Virus record (IMG/VR): IMGVR_UViG_3300045988_171958
Coordinates: 192,001-256,000 of that record
DNA length: 64,000 bases
Source of the DNA: a virus
Strand: one strand, 5' to 3'
The translations under genes were made by a program, and so were the position numbers. Below, piece by piece: positions 47,391-54,580 of the stretch (positions within the stretch are counted from its first letter, which is position 1; every line of letters starts with the position of its first letter). Under the pieces are notes generated by a model, which saw nothing but the letters and a program-made list of their open reading frames with translations, was not told the DNA's origin and searched no databases.

Positions 47391-47434
47391 ATATGTAAGT
47401 TATATAAAATATCACATTTAAAATTATAATTATT

Positions 47435-47656
47435 ATGACAAGATTAGAATCAAACATTAAGATATTGAATATTATAAAGCAACTTGCCTATATGTTTCCA
47501 GATATGAGATTCATTCAGTTGCTTACAACTGTTGATGCAATTCTTGGTACTGATCAGTTCTATGAGGAATCGGAAGTTACATTGAATAGAATCAAAGAGA
47601 AAATTGAATATCAACAAAGAAGATATGGTAAGTTGACTGATATTGATATTAATTAG
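47435..47656 (+). CDS. hypothetical protein (73 aa)
   Basis: ATG ORF downstream of a promoter-like box within the tRNA region. Confidence 0.5.
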   Translation: MTRLESNIKILNIIKQLAYMFPDMRFIQLLTTVDAILGTDQFYEESEVTLNRIKEKIEYQQRRYGKLTDIDIN

Positions 47657-47666
47657 ATAATATAAA

Positions 47667-47741
47667 TGGCGCGTTCGACAAGTGGCCTAAGTCGCCAGTT
47701 TTTCACGCTGGTATTCACCGGTTCGAATCCGGTACGCGCTA
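47667..47741 (+). tRNA. tRNA-Glu (TTC)
   Basis: Acceptor ggcgcgt/acgcgct, anticodon stem ccagt/gctgg, loop ttTTCac, T arm accgg-ttcgaat-ccggt. Confidence 0.8.
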
Positions 47742-47752
47742 CGATAAATATT

Positions 47753-47835
47753 GGGTAGATAGATAAGTGGTTAAAATGGTTTGACTGTAAATCAAATGGC
47801 TTCGGCCTTCGGGAGTTCGAATCTCTCTCTGCCCA
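47753..47835 (+). tRNA. tRNA-Tyr (GTA)
   Basis: Acceptor gggtaga/tctgccc, anticodon stem tttga/tcaaa, loop ctGTAaa, long variable arm (bacterial type II Tyr), T-loop ttcgaat. Confidence 0.85.
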
Positions 47836-47984
47836 CCGGGTCAAAAGAGCAAATGATAATCATGACAAAGTGATGTGTGAACAATTTAGATATAATCAAC
47901 GCTTTACGTTGCTTGCAACTAAAGTTATTGTGAAAGCCACATAGGAGATTGATGTGCAGCTAACTGAGACTTTAATCAGTATTT

Positions 47985-48061
47985 GGAGTATTAAGCCCTG
48001 TTGGTAAGGGAACTAGACTGTCACTCTAGTAAAACTAAGGGTTCGAGTCCCTTATGCTCCG
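47985..48061 (+). tRNA. tRNA-Asp (GTC)
   Basis: Acceptor ggagtat/atgctcc, anticodon stem ctaga/tctag, loop ctGTCac, T arm aaggg-ttcgagt-ccctt. Confidence 0.85.
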
Positions 48062-48070
48062 CAAATAGAT

Positions 48071-48142
48071 TGGACTATGGTGTAACTGGAAACACTACAG
48101 ATTTTGGTTCTGTCATTCGGAGTTCGAACCTCCGTGGTCCAA
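48071..48142 (+). tRNA. tRNA-Gln (TTG)
   Basis: Acceptor tggacta/tggtcca (U1-A72, as in bacterial tRNA-Gln), anticodon stem acaga/tctgt, loop ttTTGgt, T arm cggag-ttcgaac-ctccg. Confidence 0.85.
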
Positions 48143-48148
48143 CAATTT

Positions 48149-48259
48149 AGGTGGTTATATCAGTTGGTTAACTTAGTTCTTGAACAGAACATAAGTGATG
48201 TTCATTAGATAGCTTGCCTGATAAGCAAGAGGTCATAGGTTCAAGTCCTATATCACCTA
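48149..48259 (+). tRNA. tRNA-Ile (GAT) interrupted by a 36-nt insertion in the D-loop
   Basis: Acceptor aggtggt/atcacct, D stem tatc/gata, canonical D-loop agttggttaa followed by a 36-nt insert, anticodon stem cttgc/gcaag, loop ctGATaa, T arm atagg-ttcaagt-cctat. Removing the insert restores a normal 75-nt tRNA. Confidence 0.7.
48169..48207 (+). repeat. about 40-nt mini-element, copy inside the tRNA-Ile(GAT) D-loop
   Basis: taacttagttcttgaacagaac-ataagt-gatgttcatta. Confidence 0.75.
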
Positions 48260-48267
48260 CAAGATTC

Positions 48268-48300
48268 TTTGAAATTTTGGATATAGTTATTCTATATTTA
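48268..48300 (+). promoter_or_regulatory. promoter-like box inside the tRNA array
   Basis: tttgaaattttggatatagttattctatattta upstream of tRNA-Ile(TAT) and the endonuclease gene. Confidence 0.5.
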
Positions 48301-48312
48301 ATATAAATAAAT

Positions 48313-48386
48313 ACTCCAGTAACTCAGTTGGTTAGAGTGCTCGGCTTATACCCAAGTGGTCGGGGGTTCAAGTCCCTCCTGGAGTA
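48313..48386 (+). tRNA. tRNA-Ile (TAT)
   Basis: Acceptor actccag/ctggagt, D arm actc..gagt, anticodon stem ctcgg/ccaag (one C-A mismatch), loop ctTATac, T arm cgggg-ttcaagt-ccctc. Confidence 0.7.
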
Positions 48387-48397
48387 CTATTAAATGT

Positions 48398-49021
48398 ATG
48401 GATTTAATAAAAAGTTATGCAAGTAAATGTTGTACAGGGCAAAAGAAAATAGCTTATTGTGTAGATTGTGGGAAAGAACTTATAATTTATAAAAGAGCTT
48501 CTTCAAAAACTTGTAGATGTGATAATTGCAGAAAAAACCGCATTAGACAAAAAAGACTACAATATAGATTAAATTTTTTAAATAATGATTATGAAATTCA
48601 TTTTGGTAGAAAATATTCAAAAGAAAGCTGGCTAGCATTACATAATGGTGGTTGTAAAGGAATACAACATCAAGGTGATTTAAGACGTAGTAAAAATGAA
48701 ATAGAATTTTGTAAATTATGTGAAGAATATTTTAATAATGTTAAACATAATGAATGTATATTTAATGGATGGGATGCAGATATAATAATAGAAGATATAA
48801 AATTCGCGGTATTATGGAATGGTCCATGGCATTATAAACAAATTACGAAATCTCATTCAGTTAAGCAAATACAAAATAGGGATAAAATAAAGATAAAAGA
48901 AATTAAAGAATCTGGTTGGACACCTTATATTATAAAAGATATGGGTAAGGCAAATAAAGATTTTGTTAAAGAAAAATTTGATGAATTCTTGAAATATTTA
49001 AAAGAAAATACTATTATTTAA
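48398..49021 (+). mobile_element. homing-endonuclease-like gene (zinc ribbon + Vsr/PD-(D/E)XK-like domain) inside the tRNA array
   Basis: I set the start at ATG 48398 because the track ORF start lies inside tRNA-Ile. Motifs are CVDCGK..CRCDNC and WDADIIIEDIKFAVLWNGPWHY. Confidence 0.6.
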
Positions 49022-49037
49022 ATAGTTAATTATATAT

Positions 49038-49119
49038 CGTGGGTGAGTGAAACGGATATTTATAAATCACGTCGGTCTCATAAGCCGTACAATAGTGGGT
49101 TCGACTCCCACACCCATCA
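49038..49119 (+). tRNA. second CAT-anticodon tRNA (Met/fMet/Ile2-like) with 16-nt D-loop and 1:72 mismatch
   Basis: Acceptor cgtgggt/acccatc (C1xC72), D stem gtga/tcac, loop ctCATaa, T arm gtggg-ttcgact-cccac. Confidence 0.6.
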
Positions 49120-49143
49120 CTAACAAAGAAATTCTAAACTTAA

Positions 49144-49216
49144 GGATCGATAGCTCAGTTGGTAGAGCAACTTGCTGTTAACAAGAAGGTCGTCAGTTCG
49201 AATCTGGCTCGGTCCG
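49144..49216 (+). tRNA. tRNA-Asn (GTT)
   Basis: Acceptor ggatcga/tcggtcc, D arm gctc..gagc, loop ctGTTaa, T-loop ttcgaat. Confidence 0.85.
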
Positions 49217-49413
49217 CAAACGGCAACGATTATTTAGAGGCGGCTTAACTGCTACTCGAATGTGATATGGGTTGGATAATCACCAACATGGTCAAGGACA
49301 TGCACACTTCTTGATATTGACGCGACAAAACAAGATGAAGCCTAATATTACGGTGAAAGTCGAACTCTTTCTTGAATTCATCCTCTTTGTCAATTGATAG
49401 AATCCTTGAATTT

Positions 49414-49488
49414 GGGGTCAATAGCTCAGTTGACTAGAGCACTTGATTTGCATTCAAAAGGTCCAGGGTTTGAATCCCTGTGGCTCCA
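49414..49488 (+). tRNA. tRNA-Ala (TGC)
   Basis: Acceptor ggggtca/tggctcc including the G3.U70 Ala identity pair, loop ttTGCat, T arm caggg-tttgaat-ccctg. Confidence 0.85.
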
Positions 49489-49630
49489 CAAGTAATAGAG
49501 AGGACCTAGCATTTAACTAGGTGGTTGTTAGAGGTGTCAGTGCAATCTACAGGTACTCCTGATAGCTCAATGTATTACGAGAATATGGTCATGATAGTTT
49601 GCACATCTGATGCCATATTTGATTTTATAT

Positions 49631-49703
49631 GCCATTATAGCTCAATTGGTAGAGCATCTGTCTTGTAAACAGAAGGTTATCGGATCATACCCGGTTAATG
49701 GCT
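49631..49703 (+). tRNA. tRNA-Thr (TGT), non-canonical T-loop
   Basis: Acceptor gccatta/taatggc, anticodon stem tctgt/acaga, loop ctTGTaa, T-loop atcatac (A54 instead of T54). Confidence 0.75.
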
Positions 49704-49726
49704 CAAATTATTTATGGAAAAGAAAA

Positions 49727-49748
49727 AGAGCATTCTTAAGAATGCTCT
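49727..49748. terminator. bidirectional terminator at the end of the tRNA array
   Basis: aaaaagagcattcTTAAgaatgctcttt sits between tRNA-Thr (+) and 49759-50616 (-). Confidence 0.7.
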
Positions 49749-49758
49749 TTATTTGTAT

Positions 49759-50616
49759 TTATTTATATGTATAAAATTGTACCCATTTATCTTTATCTTT
49801 CTTAACTTCTTCTATCAAATCCATAGCTTCATCAACCGCTTTGTTTATTGCTTTTGACAATTCTTTTGTCTCTAATGATTTATATGGGTCATCATCGTAG
49901 CTAGCTGAACCTGGTTTACCAATATAAAGCTGCCAATCTCCATTTTCTTTCTTTTTACCTATTAAGAAATCTATTTCTATTCCAGCTTTCTTGTCCCTAT
50001 GTACATATTCTATCTTAAGATATTTCTCACCTTCTTTCAAGTCTGTTACTTGCTTATCTGGGGCAGTAAATATCTTAAATTGAATCTCAGAACGTTGCTT
50101 AGCTTTAGCATCATCTTTTGCTCCATCTTGACCTAATGCCGGACTACTATTATTTTCAGTATTTCCATCATCTCCTGTATCTGATGTTTCTTCTGAAGCC
50201 GCATCATCCATACCTTGACCTTCTTCTTCCTCTCCTTCTTCTAATACATACTTTATCTTATCTTTCCACGTCTTTCCTTCAACCATAGGGATCATTGTTA
50301 TCAAATTTATGGCTTCACAATATAATTTAGGATTCTCAATTATATTTTCTACTTTACTAGAAAGACTTTTCACTTTCTCTATATAATCATTATTCTCTAC
50401 AGTAAGTAGTATTGTAGAATCTGGGTTCACATAACACTCCACTGTAATAGAAGGACTATCATCATCTGACAAATACTTTAAATATTTGCCTTCATCTAGT
50501 ATTCCTTCATATATAGTAGATCCAAACTTTTTCAATATGCAATTATGCTCCGTCATATATTTCCATATAGATGGAGCATTGTCATGTACATAACGTAATG
50601 ATACAAAATTTCTCAT
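49759..50616 (-). CDS. hypothetical acidic protein (285 aa)
   Basis: ATG ORF with a terminator hairpin just downstream at 49727-49748. Confidence 0.55.
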   Translation of the reverse strand: MRNFVSLRYVHDNAPSIWKYMTEHNCILKKFGSTIYEGILDEGKYLKYLSDDDSPSITVECYVNPDSTILLTVENNDYIEKVKSLSSKVENIIENPKLYCEAINLITMIPMVEGKTWKDKIKYVLEEGEEEEGQGMDDAASEETSDTGDDGNTENNSSPALGQDGAKDDAKAKQRSEIQFKIFTAPDKQVTDLKEGEKYLKIEYVHRDKKAGIEIDFLIGKKKENGDWQLYIGKPGSASYDDDPYKSLETKELSKAINKAVDEAMDLIEEVKKDKDKWVQFYTYK

Positions 50617-50816
50617 AGTGTATTTTATATTCTATTTAAAAATTGCTAGACAATTTAGACTTTTGATTTCAATCAAATTAAAAATAAATTTATCGGTACA
50701 ATTGACCTACATCAATTAATTATGCGGTTTTCAAAAAATTCCTTTATTTTTATAACTGTTTTTTAAATTCAAATCTATATTTAATTTGAATGATAAATAT
50801 ATCTAATGTGTTAATC

Positions 50817-50915
50817 ATGAAGATATTAAAGAAAATAGGAGATATCTATTTGAGAGTAATTGCATTATCAATATGTTACCCTTCAAATGAGATGAATTAT
50901 AAAAACAAAACATAA
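50817..50915 (+). CDS. possible small protein (32 aa)
   Basis: Short ATG ORF MKILKKIGDIYLRVIALSICYPSNEMNYKNKT, not in the track. Confidence 0.25.
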   Translation: MKILKKIGDIYLRVIALSICYPSNEMNYKNKT

Positions 50916-50919
50916 AAGG

Positions 50920-51018
50920 ATGAAAACTATGAAGAAGTTAATTAAGAAATTTTGGGATTCATATAAAGAAGCTATGTCCCTCTATGGTGAAGCAATCATC
51001 ATGTCAAAATCAGTTTAA
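50920..51018 (+). CDS. possible small protein (32 aa, MKTMKKLIKKFW..)
   Basis: Short ATG ORF whose N-terminus resembles that of the next small ORF. Confidence 0.3.
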   Translation: MKTMKKLIKKFWDSYKEAMSLYGEAIIMSKSV

Positions 51019-51032
51019 ATTTAAATTAAAAA

Positions 51033-51143
51033 ATGAGAACTATGAAGAAAATTCTAAATGCTATCAAAAGAAACATGAAGGTATCTGCAGAACTTGGTTT
51101 GATGAACTGCACTGGATCTATACCTTTGTGGGCAACAAAGTAA
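51033..51143 (+). CDS. possible small protein (36 aa, MRTMKKILNAIKR..)
   Basis: Short ATG ORF followed by the hairpin/T-run at 51199-51227. Confidence 0.3.
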   Translation: MRTMKKILNAIKRNMKVSAELGLMNCTGSIPLWATK

Positions 51144-51198
51144 CATTCGACATTTGAGATCCAAAATGCCAAAGGGGAATGGCTCCTTTGGTTGATGC

Positions 51199-51227
51199 TG
51201 ACAGGACATTAAGTTCTGTCATTTTTT
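51199..51227 (+). terminator. intrinsic terminator
   Basis: tgacaggacaTTAAgttctgtca followed by tttttt. Confidence 0.65.
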
Positions 51228-51269
51228 GTATATTTCGAAGATTTTTATATAGATATTTTAACTTAAGGT

Positions 51270-51713
51270 ATGGACTTTTCTAAAATGACTGTATATATAA
51301 AGAAAGCAATAAAAGGTAATTTCTTCAGTAAGCTCATTCAACAGAATTCAGGATATAGCAGCAAAAGCTTCTTTCTAGTTGTTGTTACATTCATAGGTAC
51401 TCTACTGCTTGCTGTACCAATATTCTCTCTTACTATAGAAGCTTGGTACAACCATACTATAACTACTGACTTGACAGCAATGGCAGCTTATATAACAGCA
51501 GTAGCAGCTGTATTCACATCAGTAGGTCTTACAAAAGTGTGGTCAGAAAAATATGAGCATAAACTTCCTGGTCCTGATGGAAAATTTGGAACAAATGATG
51601 ATATTATCATAAATGTTACAGATGAAGAATATAATAAAATATTAGATGTAATGAATAAGCAATGCAATCACCAGGATGGCGGCTGGGATGGCCAGGGAGC
51701 GGATAATTGCTAA
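51270..51713 (+). CDS. membrane protein (two predicted TM helices)
   Basis: Hydrophobic segments FFLVVVTFIGTLLLAVPIFSLTI and AAYITAVAAVFTSVGLT. The last 15 codons lie inside copy 5 of the conserved structured element. Confidence 0.55.
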   Translation: MDFSKMTVYIKKAIKGNFFSKLIQQNSGYSSKSFFLVVVTFIGTLLLAVPIFSLTIEAWYNHTITTDLTAMAAYITAVAAVFTSVGLTKVWSEKYEHKLPGPDGKFGTNDDIIINVTDEEYNKILDVMNKQCNHQDGGWDGQGADNC

Positions 51714-51757
51714 TAAGTATAATTTATCAGATGACCAAATTATCCGCCATCCTGGTG
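51669..51757 (+). repeat. conserved structured element, copy 5 (diverged, overlaps CDS end)
   Basis: ggatggcggctgggatggccagggagcggataatt.. It is closed by the perfect 14-bp stem caccaggatggcgg/ccgccatcctggtg. Confidence 0.75.
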
Positions 51758-51781
51758 AATATTTTATATCAAGAACTGAAG

Positions 51782-54580
51782 TTAGTTGAATTGCCTGAAT
51801 CTAGCTCTCAATGGATCTTGGTTATATTGTCCAGGCATATCATATATGCTTGGTTCATTTCCATATCCATTAGGTGATCCATAGAAATCATTCATAGATG
51901 GCAATCCTTGTTGCATACCTGTATTGTACATTGTATACATGTTAGGTATACTGGTACTTGCATTACTTTGTGTTTCTCTATATATACTAGAAGATTCTGC
52001 AGCAGCAGTAGGTAAATTTCTGTTATCCAATGATACTGTTATCTGTTTCTCTTCTTTCTTCTTTTGCAATACATTAGACATCATATCTGCTATCTTCTTA
52101 AGCATATCTAGTTTCTTCATTTCTGATTCTTCCTTTTCTATTTGTTCCCATTGTCCAGTAGCTTTCATCTCTATCTCCCACTCTTCCATGAAATCTTTAT
52201 ATTTTGTAGTATTCTTAAGAAGTGGAAGTTGTACAAAAGTCATTATCAAATCATCATGGCCGTATGCAGCAGCATAACTGCCATTTCCATTCTTATCTTC
52301 AAAATTCTCAAGCTCTGAAACAGTAAGCAAGTCTGTTATTATGACATCAAACTTCTCTAACATCATCTTAAGCAATGCACATGCAGATATCTTAGTAGCA
52401 TGACTCAATCTGATACCTGGAATTGTCTTGCTGTTTTTGAATCCATTCAAATTAGCAATATTGTCTTCTTGACTGCCTTTCTTGTATCTTATCAAATTAG
52501 CCAAGTCAAATTCACCTAATGGATTTACTTGCCATCTCCAACTTGCCTCTGGCATATATTCAGGTTCATTCAAATTCTTAAGATAGTTGTAGAATAAAGC
52601 ACCATAAGTATTCCATTCTACTGACACTATAGTCTTATTAGGATTGAATAACTGTCCATACAATACCCAGAACTCTAAGCTAGCTTGTTCCAAATCTATA
52701 GTATTGCAATGCCAATATCCTATTTGTTCAAACTTATCTTTTCCTATTACTTCTATTATGTTGAATGTTGTAAAGTCATTACCACCACCTTCTGCTAAGT
52801 CAACTAATATGATGAACCATCCAATCTTCAAATAATGCAAGTCATAATCTTTCTTGAACTTAAATTCTGTCTTATGTAAGCTGAAATACCAACTATCATC
52901 TGTAGGTGTCTCAAACAAGTAAGTCAAGTCTCTTATCTTTCCTAAGCATTCTCTTGATACAAGACATTTATCAGATGCAGAGAATTGTGTACCATATTGA
53001 TAGTAGAAAGCTTCTTCTGAACCTAAGACACCAACCATCATAGCTTTCCAAGCATTATCTCTCTTCTTCCAAATATGATTGTCAGGATCCCATTGAGGAA
53101 CTTGCCACCAATCTACTTTAAATGGAGCATACATAGACTTTCCTGTTTCTGCGGCATGCCATAGCTTATAGAACAAATTGAATCCATTTTGTGTTGACAT
53201 GATACATATATTAGAGCTTGTATCTGCAGTAACAGTAGGAAGAATGTTGTTGTAGAACAATTCAACATCATTAGGTGGACACCAAGCAAACTCATCAAGT
53301 ATCAAGAAGTTTATTGTCTTACCAAGACCGGCAGTAGGAGAGAAAGCTTCAGTAGATATTGTAGAGTTGTTGTCAAAAGCTATCTCTGACTGATTCCACT
53401 TCAAAGTACCAAGCTTCAGATGGTAAGGAAGATACAGATACATATCTTTTATCTTCTTTATCAAATCTTGTCCTGCTGGACCAGACTTAGAAAGTATCAA
53501 TGCATTTCTATCATTTCTGAACAATACTGACCAAAGACAGAATATTGCTGTAGTTGTTGAGTTGTGACTCAATATTCCATTAGTATAATATCTGTGATAA
53601 GGATGTTCTACTGAAACATCACACATAGATACTTTTGTTTTAGATACTGAAACAGACTTTACCATAGATGGTCCTCTATCTGTCATTATTTTAGATAGGT
53701 TTTCAACAAGTTTATCAGCATATATTATATCTAAGTTTTCATCAAACAACATGTGTTTGTCTGCACATTCTATAGAATACCCATTTTCAAGGATTACCTT
53801 ATATATTGCAAATGGCTTAGTATTGTAAATGTATGATATTGGTTGATATCCAACATCTGTCAATACTTTTATCCTATATTCAGAAATATCTATTTCTTTA
53901 GTGGTTTTACAGTTATCTAAAAGTTCCTTATGAAATACAAAATTGTATTCTAACCAATCAACAACTTCTACTGCTTTATAGTTTTCTTTTTTATATAGAT
54001 AATATTTCAGTTTCCAGAAAGCAGAGTTATCAAACAAGTTTTGAAATTCATAAAAAGGCAATTCAAACAAATAGTCAGATCCACTTTTTACATATTTGAA
54101 ATTCTTAAAAAGATATGTGAATTTTTGTTTACCAAACTGAATACCATAATTGTTTATGAATGCATTAGTAAACAAAAACTTCACCGTTGTATTTTGTAAA
54201 AGGCACTTTCCACTTTGTCTGCAACTTAAAAACAGGCTGAATCTGTTTTGTTGAAGATGTCTCATGTAATCTTCCTGATAGTCACGGAGTATTACTGGTT
54301 GCAAACCAGTTGGGGTCATAAGATAGCATTTGGTAGCAAAGTACAATGGATCTTCCATACAATGCATATAATCTTCTATCTCTTCTTGTGTACGCTTGAA
54401 GACCAGATCTGGCTTCAATAACTTAGTATTCTTACCAATAAAAGGGTTTGCTTTCAATGGCAAACCCTTCTTCATAGCATCTACAGCTTTCTCAAGTACT
54501 GAACAGCTCCAGATAACTGCTTCTGCCTCTTTTCCTCCTTTATCTCTCTTTACTGGATCAAATTCAAATTCTTTAGCCAT
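51782..54580 (-). CDS. terminase large subunit (T4 gp17-like) interrupted by an intein
   Basis: The Walker A motif is split as ..LSCRQSGK / intein / STTTAIF... Downstream ATPase and nuclease regions (FLILDEFAW, ..) are present. Confidence 0.85.
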   Translation of the reverse strand: MAKEFEFDPVKRDKGGKEAEAVIWSCSVLEKAVDAMKKGLPLKANPFIGKNTKLLKPDLVFKRTQEEIEDYMHCMEDPLYFATKCYLMTPTGLQPVILRDYQEDYMRHLQQNRFSLFLSCRQSGKCLLQNTTVKFLFTNAFINNYGIQFGKQKFTYLFKNFKYVKSGSDYLFELPFYEFQNLFDNSAFWKLKYYLYKKENYKAVEVVDWLEYNFVFHKELLDNCKTTKEIDISEYRIKVLTDVGYQPISYIYNTKPFAIYKVILENGYSIECADKHMLFDENLDIIYADKLVENLSKIMTDRGPSMVKSVSVSKTKVSMCDVSVEHPYHRYYTNGILSHNSTTTAIFCLWSVLFRNDRNALILSKSGPAGQDLIKKIKDMYLYLPYHLKLGTLKWNQSEIAFDNNSTISTEAFSPTAGLGKTINFLILDEFAWCPPNDVELFYNNILPTVTADTSSNICIMSTQNGFNLFYKLWHAAETGKSMYAPFKVDWWQVPQWDPDNHIWKKRDNAWKAMMVGVLGSEEAFYYQYGTQFSASDKCLVSRECLGKIRDLTYLFETPTDDSWYFSLHKTEFKFKKDYDLHYLKIGWFIILVDLAEGGGNDFTTFNIIEVIGKDKFEQIGYWHCNTIDLEQASLEFWVLYGQLFNPNKTIVSVEWNTYGALFYNYLKNLNEPEYMPEASWRWQVNPLGEFDLANLIRYKKGSQEDNIANLNGFKNSKTIPGIRLSHATKISACALLKMMLEKFDVIITDLLTVSELENFEDKNGNGSYAAAYGHDDLIMTFVQLPLLKNTTKYKDFMEEWEIEMKATGQWEQIEKEESEMKKLDMLKKIADMMSNVLQKKKEEKQITVSLDNRNLPTAAAESSSIYRETQSNASTSIPNMYTMYNTGMQQGLPSMNDFYGSPNGYGNEPSIYDMPGQYNQDPLRARFRQFN
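53561..54205 (-). mobile_element. intein (215 aa) inserted in the TerL Walker A motif
   Basis: It starts with Cys right after SGK (CLLQNTTV), has a block B-like GYSIECADKHMLF, a block F/G-like VSMCDVSVEHPYHRYYTNGILSHN, and is followed by Ser+1. Excision restores RQSGKSTTT. Confidence 0.8.

Noticed and set aside
47227-47457. A - strand 76-aa ORF between the HExxH gene and 47435-47656.
   Set aside because: It is very hydrophobic and Ile-rich, overlaps the promoter-like box and a + strand gene start, and has no partner genes on that strand.
42677-49703. Stop-codon recoding with suppressor tRNAs (TAG or TGA reassignment).
   Set aside because: None of the 26 hand-folded tRNAs has a CTA, TCA or TTA anticodon. 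Multi-kb ORFs are uninterrupted in the standard code.
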